Shown here: piece after piece, positions 38,912 to 52,485 of the stretch | Numbering within the stretch: the stretch's first letter is position 1 | Layout of the letters: every line of letters starts with the position of its first letter | Assembly (NCBI GenBank): GCA_003971905.1 | Contig: RSEE01000004.1 | Coordinates: 496,001-560,000 of the forward strand | Source: Moniliella sp. 'wahieum' | Lineage: Eukaryota | DNA length: 64,000 nt | Reading direction: 5' to 3' | Program-made: the position numbers and the translations under genes | The notes under the pieces: model-generated | Database searches by the model: none | What the model was told of the DNA's origin: nothing | Seen by the model: only the letters and a program-made list of their open reading frames with translations

Positions 38912-41221
38912 ATGGCCCAATTCTCCCACCCCCTTATCCGTGACGGCTGGTTCCACGAGATCAACTCCCAGTGGCCTGGCGAGGCCATGGGCCTCCAGGT
39001 CGTCCGCATCCTCCACCACGAGCAGAGCAAGTTCCAGGATGTGCTCGTCTTCGAGAGCACCACCTTTGGCAACGTCCTCGTCCTTGACGGTGTCATCCAA
39101 GCCACCGAGCGCGACGAGTTTTCGTACCAGGAGATGATCGCCCACCTCCCCCTGGCCAGCCACCCCAACCCCGAGCGCGTGCTGGTCATTGGCGGTGGCG
39201 ATGGCGTGCTGCGCGAGGTGGTCAAGCATGACTCGGTCAAGGAGGCCGTCCTGTGCGACATTGACGAGGCTGTGCCTCGTGTCAGCAAGCTGTACCTGCC
39301 CCACATGGCTCAGGGCCTGACGCACCCCAAGAGCACGGTGCACATTGGCGATGGCTTTGCCTTCCTCAAGCAGCCCGAGAACAAGGGGGCGTTTGACGTG
39401 ATCATCACGGATTCCTCCGACCCTGTGGGCCCAGCTCAGGCGCTGTTTGAAAAGCCGTACTTCCAACTGCTCAAGGAGGCGCTCAAGCCCCGGCGGACAC
39501 ATCTATACCCAGGCCGAATCGCTCTGGTTGCACCTTCCCCTGATCCGCGAACTGCGTCAGAGCACCAAGGAAATCTTCTCGGTGGCCGACTATGCCTTTA
39601 CCACCATCCCCACCTACCCCTCGGGCCAAATTGGCTTTGTCATCTGCTCCACCGAGCCGACGCGCAACGTGCGTGTGCCCGTGCGTGAGGTTCTGGGTTG
39701 CAAGTACTACAATGCCGATGTCCACAAGGCGGCCTTTGTCCTCCCCGAGTTTGCTCGCGCGGTCATTGAGGAGGGGCGGCGGCGCCGGGCCCTGTCGTGG
39801 CCTCGGGTGATGGGGGCCCCGCGTCCCGTGACGCTAAGAAGATTCTTCTGCTGGGCTCGGGCTACGTTGCCCGTCCCTTCGCCGAGTACGTTCTGCGTTA
39901 CCCCGAGTACAGCTTGACGGTCGCATCGTCGCGGTTGGCCAATGCCCAGCGCCTGGCTGAGGGTCTGGCGCGTACGACGGCCACTTCGGTTGATGTGAAC
40001 AACCATGCTCTGGCCGAGCTGGTCGGGCAGCACGACATTGTCATCTCGCTCATCCCCTACATTTACCACGCCAAGGTGATCGCGGCGGCGATCGAGAAGA
40101 AGGTTGATGTGGTTACCACTTCCTACGTCAGCCCTGCCATCCGCGAGCTGGCGCCCAAGATTAAGGCCGCAGGCATTACGGTGATGAACGAGATTGGTCT
40201 CGACCCTGGTATTGACCACCTCTACGCCGTCAAGGCCATTGCCGACATCCACGCTCAGGGAAAGAAGGTGAAGGAGTTCTATTCGTACTGCGGTGGCCTT
40301 CCTGCCCCCGAGGCGGCGGACAACCCGCTGGGATACAAGTTCTCGTGGTCCTCGGTGGCGTCCTGCTTGCCCTTCGCAACACGGCCAAGTTCTGGCAGAA
40401 AGGAAGCAAGGAGCCGGTTACCATTCCTGGCCCCGAGCTGATGAAGTCGGCCAAGCCTTACTACATTAGCCCCGCCTTTGCCTTTGTCGCGTACCCCAAC
40501 CGTGACAGCACGCAGTACCGCGAATGGTACAACATCCCCGAGGCTGAGACGGTGGTGCGTGGCACGATGCGCTACCAGGGCTTCCCCGAGTTTGTCGAGC
40601 ACTTGTCAAGCTCGGCTTCCTCGACGACTTTGCCAAGCCTTACCTCACCCTGCCCAACATCAAGTCCTGGGCTGACATTTTGGCGGCCGTGACCGGCTCG
40701 CAGAGCACGGACCCAGCTTCGCTCGCGGCCGCGGTGCGCAAGATTGTGGAGTTCAAGACGGAGGAGGAGGCGGACATGGTACTCCGTGGTCTGCGCTGGC
40801 TTGACCTCTTTAGCTCAGATGTGACCGCCACTGTTCGTGGCACGGCGGAGCAGGAAAAGGAGCACCAGGCAACCTTCTCGACTCGCTCTGCGCTACGCTC
40901 GAGCTCAAGTGCCAGTACGGCCCCGAGGAGCGCGACATGGTCATGCTCCAGCACAAGTTCGTCACCGAGGACAAGGATGGTAACGAGGCGACCCTCACCT
41001 CTACCTTGCTCGACTTTGGCGTGCCCAACGGCTTCTCTTCGATGGCCAAGACGGTGGGTGTGCCGTGCGCGATCGCCACCAAGCTCATCCTGGAGGGCAA
41101 CCCCGGACTCAAGAAGCCTGGCGAGATTGTCGCCCCGTACTCCCTCGACGTTACGGAACCCATCCGTCTCGAACTCGAGAAGGAGGGCATTCCTCGAGGA
41201 GCGCTGGATCTAAGTGGATGA
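38912..41221 (+). CDS. SPE3-LYS9: Spermidine synthase - saccharopine dehydrogenase (reductase) fusion protein; several indels
   Basis: [21 protein letters not shown]...VLVIGGGDG...[15 protein letters not shown], followed without intergenic space by [12 protein letters not shown]...[14 protein letters not shown]...[23 protein letters not shown]...[13 protein letters not shown]. Confidence 0.95.
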
Positions 41222-42998
41222 CTAAAGGCGAGACTCGTCCCATCTTCCCCCCTCGGAACGCTTGTTTGTGTGTTGTGGAGCGATGCCGTTGGCTCCAGTA
41301 TGAATGGATGGCATAGGCATCAGTATGGTTCTATCTGTAGCATCCAATCGTGCACCACACTGCTAAAGCAAAGATGCTATCAGTAAAGCCAGTATTGCGT
41401 TGGTCTTCGATCGAGCTTCAACCAACGTCCATTCCTGCAGCCCGTCCGTCGGTGCGAACTGCTACTGCTATAGTAGCAATAGTGTAATCCTGGCGACCGG
41501 CCGAACCTGATCGATATCAGGGATCACTAGCACTCGATCACATGATAATCGTCGATCGCATTATCGTGCCAGGATGCTCATGCGCTCATAACTGACTGAA
41601 AGCTGCCCAAGTCAGATGCGCATGTCAATCACGAGATAGATGATGATACGATGCACGATGCATCTGATCTTCTGATCTCTGAGGATCTCTCGATCCTTGA
41701 AGTCAGCTTGAAGGTTGAAGACGTTGAAGCTTGATGCCTACACGTGACGTCGCATTAAGCATTGGGATGCAACACCGTTCGCACGAAGTAGAATCATCAG
41801 GCTGCGGCCCAGGAGGGGGTGTGGATCTCTCCGCAAAGAGATCCTGACTTGCGAGATCAGCGCCAGCTCCATCAGCGCCAACGCCGACTGCTGAGCGCGC
41901 TCCTGGCTCAGGCTGAGCCCTCAGGCTGAGCGCGCTCAGACTGAGCAGCTTAGCATTCTTGGCCTCATTCGGGCAGATAGCTTGAGTAGTCTGAACAGGA
42001 GCTTGGCACCGCCGTCTCAGATCTCACATCTCACACTACTGCCCCCCTGTCCCTCGCAACATTCCCCGCGCGGTGGGGGCGAAGATCGGGCGACATCTGA
42101 CGCACTCAACGACTGGTGGCGCGTGGCGCGCCAGAAAAATAAAAATTGCAAAACGGCGACGGCGTCCCCTGCTCTGGTCCAGGTAGACACACAAGTGGAC
42201 GGGTCGTACGATTGCTGCCCTGGCCCCCACCACCCATTGCCGACAGTCGACAAACGTGTCTCTTGCCTGCTGCCCCCGTCTCGCCACTTCACTGTGCTGG
42301 TCACGCGCTCTTTTACCCACCGGTCAGGCTGAGCCGTACACTGCATGTGCAGTGAGAGTACTGAGTGTGGCTCATGAACCCATCCTGTCCCCAGACGCAC
42401 GCAGAGTCTGCCTCCGTTTTCCTTTTGCCCCTTCGTTATTGACAGGAGCGCGGTGGATACGAGGGGACCAATCTGACCATCGGTAACTAGTAAGCAAGCA
42501 ATCCCCACAACTGTTGCATGCTTGAATACCTGCTAACCAGACTGTCCCCTATATTGAACCGCCATTCTTCCTGCCCCCACCACGTTCAGTCGTTCGCCCG
42601 GCGGCAGGGAAAACAAAAGGTGTGTCGTGATCCTGAGCCTGTGGGACCAAACTACGAGGAGACCGGACCGCGCATGCGCTCAACGGAGAACATGGCCGAC
42701 GCCCTCAAGCCCCTCGCTCCTCGAGCTCAAATCATTTTTCTTTATGGCGCTGTCCGTATTACTTGAAGATGAGGCTCTTAATAGCGTCAAGGGGCCTCAC
42801 CGGCCCCGTCCTCATGGCCCATATGAGGTTATCATGTCATTTTCCTCAACTCCATCACTAACGTTTGCTTAAACTAGGCGCGATCCTACTTAACGTTTTC
42901 ACCTTCATCTTCCACCCTCCAAGCGCTTGCACCACGGCACCCATTGTTGTCCTCCTCCTTATTTTCATCCTGCTCATCCCGGACGACAATTGCTCAAC

Positions 42999-43810
42999 AT
43001 GGAAAATGACATCGCATCCCTTGAAAAGGAATCCCATCGTCCCCATCCGCGTCGGCAGTGGCGAAAGGAGCAAATTGATGCTGGTCTAATCGACCCTTTG
43101 ACAGGCGATTTTGTTCCCCGCCCGCCCAGGGCGCTCCTTTGCTTCTTCAAATCCTTACTGGGCCTATGTGCGGCCGCCATTTTCCTCGTCTTACTTACAG
43201 GAGAGGCCGTGAAGGGCGATCCGCTTTGGGGCTGTCGCACAAATTGGCTGTCCCGACACAGCTGGCGTGCTGTATGTCATTCTCGTTGCCCAAACTCAAT
43301 GCTGGTGTGGCTTCTGTTCTGACCCTTCCCTATTCAAATATGTAAGGAACGACCACGAGGCATGACCATGTCAGAGCTTTCGCACTTTGATGGCCGTTCC
43401 CCCGATCAACTCATCTATTTGGCCATTAAGGGGGACGTGTACGATGTAAGCCACAAACGTTACCTGTACGGACCTGGAGGAGGATACGCCTTCTTTGCCG
43501 GCCGTGACGCCAGTCGTGCCTTTGTCACGGGCTGTTTCCAGGACCACTTGACCCATGACATCCGCGGTCTTACTGCCGCCGAATTGGAGGTGCGTCCACA
43601 GTTTCCACTCCCCTCCCCCCCCCTCTCCGAGATGTATATGCCCCGAGCAGTGTGCTAATGACCCACGGAGGACAGACTCTGGACCGCTGGCACACATTTT
43701 TTGAAAAGAACGATAACTATCGACGCGTCGGCTACTTGATTGACCTCCCACCCATTGACCCAGCGTCTCCTGTGCCGACGGGGTTCTGCATGCACCAGCC
43801 CTCTCGTTGA
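42999..43810 (+). CDS. Cytochrome b5-like heme/steroid-binding (MAPR-type) membrane protein, with introns; ends approximate
   Basis: Hydrophobic segment LLGLCAAAIFLVLLTG, then ELSHFDGRSPDQLIYLAIKGDVYDVS...YGPGGGYAFFAGRDASRAFVTGCF. Confidence 0.85.
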
Positions 43811-44599
43811 ATCCGCCTTGTCTATACTTTCGCACACTCTTTGTCCGTTATTCTTGGGTTTCCTGCACTTCATATTGTCACCTTGACTTTCCCTGTTGTA
43901 TGGCGTGTGAGATCGTCAGCAGTTCAGTGCCATGTCTTAATAGCCTGTCTCTATTGGGCTTTTTGATGCCCTACGAGAGACCTGAGAAGGATAGATGGAT
44001 GCCGCGTCCCCGGTTTCATGCCTGTGCCCTCATCTTCCCATTTTGCTTTTCCCCCTCTCTCTTACAGGCTTCCTCTGTCGTCTGCGTATCCTCATTTTCT
44101 GGCCACCACAGCGGTTGGGGGTGGTAGCGTGCCCCCTATCTGATGATAAATGATGGCATACTCACTCCACCAACACTGGGTCTGTCATACTTGTAGCTCA
44201 GTGGCTGGCGCTGATCCGTCCCGCTTCCGTTTCCGGTTTCTTTGTCTCGAACGTCTGGCTATTTCCCTGTTCTTCTGCTTCGCTCCATATCCCCTGTTCT
44301 TGCTTCTTCCCCCCGAACGATTGCTACACTCCCCGACCGTGTCTCGACTCTGGTCTCCCTCGCCAGGCCCCGACTGTGACAATGTCGATCAAGTTTTTGC
44401 GGGAAAAAAGGAAAAAAAAAGGCCGAGGTGTTTGAAACAATGAAACAATAGCATTGCCTTTGAGGATCTGAGACGATATCGAAAAGCTTCAGCCTCCACT
44501 GCTTGCATTCGTCGGTCGGGTGCGGCAGCCACCCAGACATCCTAGATCACTGCGACCATCTGCATTTTTCTCACCATGGTGTCTGGGGATCCGCCCAAG

Positions 44600-46049
44600 A
44601 TGCCTCTTCCGCGCCTCGGGACGCTTGGCATGTTCATTCTGGACAAGTTCCACTACCTGCAGCCCGACGGCCCCCGAATCCCCATCCGACCGCGGCTTCC
44701 CCCCCAAGTGGGCGGCGGGGGCACGTACGTGTGTGTAGGTGCGTCAGACCTCCGTCTCAACCTTGGTGCCCGGCTGACCTTCCCGTTGCCTCTCTTTAAC
44801 TCGAACCAGCGGCGAGCATGTGGTACGTTTTTTCTGGCTCCATCTGGCTCCCATGCTTCCCCTCGCCGCGTGCCGGGATTGCTAACGCGAAATTCTGAGC
44901 AGGCTGGCCCCCAACCGAGTGTGCATGGTGGTCGATCGGGGCACTGACTGGGACAGCGACTGGCAGCGGCAACTGGACCAGTACGTTGATACGTCCTCCT
45001 TGCAAGAAGGAGAGGTGGGCATCTGGCACTTCCGCCCCCGGGAGGGTAAGACGACGCTCGCTCTCAACGTCTTCCGCGGAGATACGCGAGAGTATGAGTA
45101 TCCGGCTGGCCGGGTGCGCATCTACCCCCAGGACCTGTTGATGAAGGATGTTCATACGGGCAAGATTGGTATACCGGAAGTTCTGCATCTCGTGTGCTCC
45201 CCCGAGCGAGCGAAATCGATTGCGGAAGTTACAAGTGTTTATGCCTCGGAAGGACGGGGCGCCTTTCGCAATGCTGACCCGGACCCAGCACCCATGCTGA
45301 TCTGGGAGCCCATGCCAACGGATGCAGTGCCAAAGAACTTGGACGCATGCCTGGCACTCTTTGAGAAGGTGCACTTATTTAGTCCGAATCATGAGGAGGC
45401 CGCTTGCCTCCTCTCGGTTACCCTGCCCCCCCAAGAAGACGAGGAAGGTATGGTGGCTGCTGTCGAGCAGATGGTCTCCAAGTTGCTCGCTTTGGCCGGG
45501 GAAATGGGACTGCCGCGAACCCCAGTGATTGGCCTGAGGTCGGGCAAGTTGGGCACCTATCTTGAGCCAGCCCATCTCTCCCCCTCACGTACAGAGAGCC
45601 GGAGAGGCTTCTGGGTCGCAGCCTACCACGACCGTTCTATGGCGCACCGTGTGGTCGATGTCACGGGCGGAGGAAATGGATGGCTCGGTGGGTACGCATC
45701 CGCCATGGCCGATGCGGTTGCAACTCAGCCCAAAATCAAGGTCATGATGGACAAGGACACTTTGTTACGAGCTGGTGTGCGTGGCAGCGTTTCGGCCTGT
45801 AAGTTGTCTTCTCCGCACGTATTTGCGCTAGATCCTGACCGGTCCATCCAGCCTACATGATTGAGCAGTTCTCTCTTCCGCCGGCTTCCAACTTCCTTCC
45901 TGGTGCAACAGCTGTTGGCAGCGAGGAAGGGGTTGATGAAGGAGCCCAAGCCCGCTTCGATCGGCTCTACAAACGGGTCACTGCAGGATAATAGTGTATC
46001 AATGTGCCGGCTCAACCATCCACATGCTGGTCAACAGAGGTACCAGTAG
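44600..46049 (+). CDS. PfkB/ribokinase-family protein, Mak32-like, with introns
   Basis: LGTLGMFILDKF...QVGGGGT; MVVDRGTDW; LIWEPMP; FSPNHEEA; VVDVTGGGNGWLGG. Confidence 0.8.
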
Positions 46050-46127
46050 AATATTATTTATCGAGAAAACAGTAATTGGGCGAAAGAGAAAGCGAAAAAA
46101 GAGAGAGAGAGAGTGTCCTTAATGACC

Positions 46128-49100
46128 TTAATGGCGCTGGTGGGAGCTGGGCCCAGTGCCGCTGGCCCCGACAAACCCGCTCTGGATGCCCATCCGACGA
46201 TTGTACCGTTCAATCTCCCATTGCTTGAGACCGTCGTCGCCGGCCCAGTTGGCCGACGAAGACCGTGGACGCCGACGAACATTGTTGCTCTTTGGGAACA
46301 TCTCCTCGATCGGTACGTTGCCCACCGGTACCCCAAACAGTGCATCCGTATCAATGTCCATCTGCGCCTCGAGCGTGTCCTGCAGCGTCTGTCCCTTGCA
46401 CCAATCGGGCGCAAGCTTGCGCCGACGAATCGTCTCCTCGTCATCCGACATGGAGTACTCGGATCGTACCTCGGGCAACTCGATGTCCTCGTCGCGCGTG
46501 CTGTCGGGGCTTCCCGCCTCTCCAGGATGGAACCCGCCTGGAACTTGTTGGGAGACATTGGAAGGTTGCACAACAGGAGGTTTTGCGACAGGTCTTTGCT
46601 GGAACGGGTTATGCTGGGAAAAGTTGGCCGAAGCCGCGGCAGAAGGAGCCACAGGAGGAGGCACCGGAACTATAGAAGCCGATGGGGTAACGCGAGCGGT
46701 TTGTGGCTTGATCAGCAGAGACGGTTTCTTGGTCAAATGTCCAGCTGGGCCACTTGAACCCACCCCTGTATTAGCAATGCGACCGTTGCCCTGTGGACGG
46801 AAGGCTGCCCCGGCACTCTTTGGGTTGGGGGGAAGCGGCTTGGCCATGACCATCGTCTTGGGAGGGGGCCGAGGGGCGGGAGCTGCCTTGGCTGGGACCG
46901 GCTTTGACAGCTGCTGGTAGGCGCCGGCTTGGTGGCCGATGCGAGTGTAGGCTTGGCTGGTGGCGCCGGTCCCTTGGTCGCAGGCGGCCGGGCAGCCGCT
47001 TTGGCCCGAGTCGTGGCTGGGGGGGGTGAGCCGGCTTCTTGCCAACTGCAGACGAGGGGGCACGGAGGCCTGTAGCCGAAGGTGCCCGCTCGGTGGGCTT
47101 GGGAGTCTGAGCGGCCTTACGTCGCTCCTCCCGCTCAAGCTGTTTTCCGTTCCTCTTCAGCTTCGGTGGCTTTGCGCGCCGTTCTGCACGAACGACACTG
47201 GCCAAACGGGTGGAATGAGCCGGGGTGCTGTGGGCACCAGGGCGGGAAAGAGCCTCTTGGCTTTGCATTTTAGGCGAGTGGGCCTGGACAGCAGCTTGGC
47301 CGTGGCCCGCAAATGAGAAGAGGCCCTTGAGTTTGGACCCAATGCTCCAGGTGGGAGAACCCTGGGGTACCCTGTTGCGATTCTGCGCGCGTAGGCGTGG
47401 CAGGACGAAGCTTGGGCGAGCCAGTGGCCAAGGGGACGGCTGAAGGGAATGCGCTTGGGGGACGTTTGCGGTGTAGTGGACGCTGTCTGAGTCGGGGCAG
47501 CTTTGCTGCGCAGGTTCCTGTTGGAAGGAGTCGGAAGCAAGGTCGACATCTTGGACCTCGGTTGTCCTGCTCCGGCGGGCTTGTGCGAATGGGACATGAA
47601 GGATCGAATCGAAGATGTTGGCTCCCGACGCTAGCCTTCGGGTGTCGACTTTGCCACGGGAATGGGTGCTTGGGGAGCAGCGGCCAAAACTGGGGAGGCA
47701 GGCACGGCTCGGGGCACGGGCTGAACCGTGACGGACTCACTCAGCATGATGGGCGACGGAGGTGGTAGGTTGGACTCGGTCCGAACAGACGCAGGGGAGG
47801 CTGTGGCGATACGGTTGAACAGGAGAGATTGAGGAGCAGGAGAGGGGGAGATGAGGTGAGGGTGCCCGTTCGAACTCGGCGGGATGGGCAATGGCATGAC
47901 CAACCCGGGCCCCAGTGGCGCCGAGGCGGGATCGCAAAGCAGCGACGGCGCTGGTAGGATGCTGAGCTGCCAGTCCAAGACCAACCGTGGCCTGTGCAAC
48001 GTGGCTTTGGCTTTGGTCCACAACCACCTTCTTTGTTGGACGACTTGTTTGAGCGGAATCCGTGAGGGCATCCTCCTCCGTATCCATCTCGTCGCTTGCG
48101 CTTCTTGCCCCCAGGATGAGAAGGTGAAGTAGCCGGCTCATTGTTGGCTTCCTCGGGCTCATCATTCGAGGCGGCTGAGAGCAAGAGCTGGTAAAACGAC
48201 TTGGACGGGTTGCGTAGCATCGTGTTGTCCTGGGTTGCAGCCTCAGGTTCGGGAGCAGAACCCTTACTAGAGGCAAACAAGCTCCGTTTGGGTGGGGGCA
48301 CATCCTCCGTTTCGACATCAGGATGAGAGGAAAATTAGACAGATCGCTGGACTCGTCACTCGCGTCGGTTGCATCCTGATTGGGCTCGGCCTTATCCGTC
48401 CCATTATCCCGCGTCTTGGCGGATCCTTCCTCCTCCTCCAATTCATCGCGCTCCTCCGACATACGAGGGCGCTGAACCTCTCCCGACTCGGAGCCTGTGT
48501 AACAAAGCTCTTGTGGGCCGATGAACTGGATCCAGCGCGGGTCGTACGTGCATCTTGCGTAAGTGTCCTGGACGTGCGCGGCGGAGCAAGAATCTCAACT
48601 GAGTTGTCCTCCATCGACTGGTCCACGTCAGCTGCGGGCGACATGGGAATGGTTTTGATAGGTGCAGCAAATGCGCCCTTAGTATCGGCCACAGGCGGTA
48701 CGGGACGGGGCTCAGGCGCATGCTGCTCCAAAAGTGCGCCCTGCTCCTGATGGTTGGGGTCGGTATGCAACGGCTCCTCCGGAACGTGTCGATCCTCATC
48801 ACGCAGCTTCTCGATGGGAGCGGGTGAAGTTTGAGGAGATGGGGTGGGGGTAGAGGACATTATCTTCGCGTTCTCCACAGGGGGCGAGGCAACTTGGGGT
48901 GTTTCCTCAGTCACTGATATATCCTCCTCAGGCTTGGATTGGGCTTCGGCTTCGGGCGCAGACTTATTCTCGTGCTCAGACTCCTGTCGAGACTCAGGCT
49001 CAGGTTCAGGTTCAAGCTCCTTCCGTGGTTGAGGCTCCACATCTGGCTCCTGCACTTGTTGAGACTCGGACATTTGGTGTTGAGGCACCGATTGCGGTTG

Positions 49101-49725
49101 CGATTCCGTGGCAACCGCCGCCTTTTTCGCCGCCTCGAAGCTGAGCGAGTAATTTTCCTGGTCGGCATCTTTTTCACCACCGGGCTGGCTTGGTCTTAGC
49201 CTTGGAGGCAGGCACAGGTTTCTTGGATTCCGACGCAATGACGGGTTGCTCGACGAGGCTGTTCAAGCTGCGGGTTTGCAAGGCAGAGTTGCCTCCCATG
49301 GCTCTGAGGGGTGGAGGGAGGCAGGGCCCGGGGGGGGTAGGAGAGATAATTCCGTTTTCCTTGTTGCTCAAGCGAGGGGCTGCGAAGAGGGCAGGCTCAA
49401 AAGAATCGAGGGCCGGCTTGGCCCGCACCTTGCGCTGCGGAGACTTGACAAGATCAACGAGCCGGCGGCTGCGCTCGTCCTCACGCCACCACCTGCTGGA
49501 GACGTCAAGTAGAATTTGGGAGTCAGCTGTTTGCTCCCAAGACCAAGAAGGGCGGGGGAGAGACGTACACATAGTGCTGCCGGAGAGTGGCGCCGTCGGA
49601 GATCATCTGGAGTGCCCAGTCCATGTCGAGGTGAACCTCAACATCGAGGGAGCAGAGGGCATCCAAGCTGGAGAGGAGGCTGCCCAGCGTGGTGGGCGCC
49701 CGGGAGCGCGTGTGGTAGTGGCCAT
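46128..49725 (-). CDS. Inner centromere protein INCENP (Pic1/Sli15-like), frameshifted; start approximate
   Basis: C-terminal IN-box IELPEVRSEYSMSDDE...PDWCKG...LEAQMDIDTDALFG...IEEMF...RPRSSSANWAGDDGL...EIERY; long low-complexity and charged upstream ORFs. Confidence 0.85.
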
Positions 49726-52330
49726 GCTGGGGATGCTGAGCGGATCCAGGCGGATGTCGAGGCCGGGGTTGATGGCGATGGAGTTGGAGTTGGGGATGGT
49801 GGGGAGCGCCAGGGGGTGGTTGGACCCAACCCTGCGGCCTAAGGCCTGTCCAGCCGAAGCACCTCACCGGTGACGGTCACCCCGGCAAGAGTGAGAGGAT
49901 GGAGTCTAGAACGTTCAGGCTGCACGCTCAGCGCGCCCCACGGCGCCAGTGTTGCCGCGTCGTCCGAATATCAACACCCACCCGGTGTTGCAATCTTTCA
50001 GTCGGCGGCTCCTCCAGCTCAGCCCAACCAGATCAACGCATTAGGCGTGTTGAAACCGCCATGTCACCCCCCCACGCGCCCACTGGCAAGACCCAACAGC
50101 ACCAAGCCATCGCGGCTGAACGGTGTAATGCATGGGAAGCGTGCATATCGACTTCACTAGGAGACGGCCGTCGGACCCGCTTTACACTTGCCGTTTGTAC
50201 GTTATCCGATGAACAAGATGCGGGTTCCTCCTGCCGAGAGACCATCGAGGAAGGAACTGAATCTCCGCACCCAGTGGTCGGAATGGAGGCAGCAGGCAGC
50301 GCGAGAAGAAGAACCAAGCGAAAGTAAGAGAGTGAATGAGACCCAAACAGCTGAAACGTAACTGGTTTTGGGTACAACAACCCTTGTACCTTTCCCTGTT
50401 TATCCAAGCCAATGTCATACTAACCGCCGGGCGTGTCAAAAGACCCAGAGAAAATGCCAGTAGGAAGCGAACCGCCGATCCTTGTCGGCGTAGGGTCATC
50501 GCTCGAGCCCCAGCTGGGTCTTGTTCATGCATAGCTGTACGACAGCCAGAAAAACGGATATAGTATTAGTGTAGTTGTAGAGCTCTGCGTCGCGGTTGAC
50601 ATCGATCGGACCGTCAAGCTATTTCTTTAACTTCAGGGGATAGTTTTCCTGGGGAATTCGTCCACGCTAGCACTCCTCGTCTTACTGCAAACGGTTCTCA
50701 TTGGTGGCCCTCCTCGGGCACTATAAACATCACATGATGCGTAATAGAGAGGGGTATGGGCAGCTTCCGGAAAAAACAGACAGCGAACGTCGTCCATACT
50801 GCGCAAATAATGTAGATGCACCTCGGGAGTTGTAAGCCCACACATGCAGGACACTGGCGAAAGTCTTTTATGTCCTTTTTATAGCCAGCAGGAGCTGGGT
50901 TCGTTATGAGTACGACCCGATTCCCGCTTTTCAGTCCCAGGTATAAAAACCGACTTTAACATATGACACAGTCGGGGGCTGAGATCCGGGAACATTGGAG
51001 AGGAAAACCAGAGCAAAGACGATGTCGAGAACTGCAGCAAACAGAAGTGTGTTGCGACGGTGACCAGTTTCACCGATGGCGGCCACTTCTGACCTAACTA
51101 GCTCTCACTAGTCCGAGGCTCCGCGGGCTACTGAAGAGGCTGATTGATGCGCGCACCAGCGTAAGCTAAGGCCGTAGCCTTCTCCTGTAGCCCACGTCCG
51201 TCTTCCTGTCACCAACGCCTATCTCTCACCCGCAATCGATGGCCTACGCTACTGTCCTAAACGCTTCAGTATCCATTGCAGTCTCCATAGCCGGGTGGAC
51301 CAGGACATCGCTGCAAGTGGACCTATCAAGCAAGGGAACAATCTGAACAAGGGGAGGAGTGAGATGCGCATGAGACAGAGAAATTGGAAATGTTGGGAGC
51401 GAAAGATCAGCCAGCCGATGATACCAAACCGTGTCTGTGGTGCCCTTGTTTCGCTTGATTTGCCGCCTTTTCTTGTAGGCTGTGTGGGCTGGTTCGATTG
51501 TCGGTTACCAGTTACTAGCCCTCATCTGGGCAAAAACCGTGTGTTTTTTATATGGATCCGTCATCGATTGGACATGAGTCCAGCAGCATAAGCGAAAAGG
51601 TCGCGCGGCCGATGATGCACGGAGGAACAACTCTCAACATCTCGCCGTCTGGGGCCAGTGATAGCCCCGAGAGTTTTCTATGTTAGTACTTATTAACAGA
51701 AGAGGGAAATGGAGGAAAGGATGAGCATTCATATTCATCGAGGGGAAGGAGGCGAGGTATATGTACCTCGGAGAGAAGAGAACGTGCGAGCTGAGTCACA
51801 CGGAGGAAGAAAAGGGAGCATAATATAAAAAGGGAAAACAGGGTCTAGAACAGATCAGGGTCCAGCTACCCTATACTGTGGTGACTATAGTATGTGTGAC
51901 CACAGGTGGGTCTGATGCCTCCAGTAGTTATGATCAGATCCCTGTGTTGACCGTGTAGTTGCTTAAACCTCCCGCCCCTAAGGATGATGTACGGCCGCCG
52001 AACCAGGGGGGTAGCCCTGTCCTCTGCTCCATTTGTCCCCCGCATATTGGCGGCGTATATGGTGGCGAGCCGTGCTCGCACAGTTCCTTGTTTCTCTCTG
52101 TGGGGGGCGACGGATATTTTGACACCGTCACTGCCCTCTTAGATCTTAGAACGGACCCCGTGCCCAGCGAGGCATTCTTCGGGTGGACACTCTAAGTAAC
52201 CACAGCTGGAACGCGGGGGGTCAGTACTCAGTCAGCTAGTCGGGTCTCCCCATCGCCCCTGCACAAGGACTTTTTTTGACCATATGTCCATCCGGATCCA
52301 GTGACTACGGAGGGGAAAGGTGTTGAACGT

Positions 52331-52485
52331 TGAGTGTTGAGTACGTTGAGTATACTGAGTACGTCGAACCCCTGATGGGTCACACACATAATATATCCAC
52401 ACACTGGATGTGCCTACTCTACTATGATTATGACCCCCGGTTCTGGATCTTCCTTGAAGCTTGAAGCTTGACCGGTGACGGTGAC
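52331..52485. repeat. Heptamer arrays
   Basis: TGAGTAC-type units at 52331-52362; TGA AGCT TGA AGCT TGA CCGG TGA at 52455-52478. Confidence 0.85.

Noticed and set aside
33969..41221. Siderophore transporter plus SPE3-LYS9 as a biosynthetic gene cluster
   Set aside because: No NRPS, NIS synthetase or ornithine/lysine monooxygenase nearby; the neighbours are unrelated housekeeping genes.
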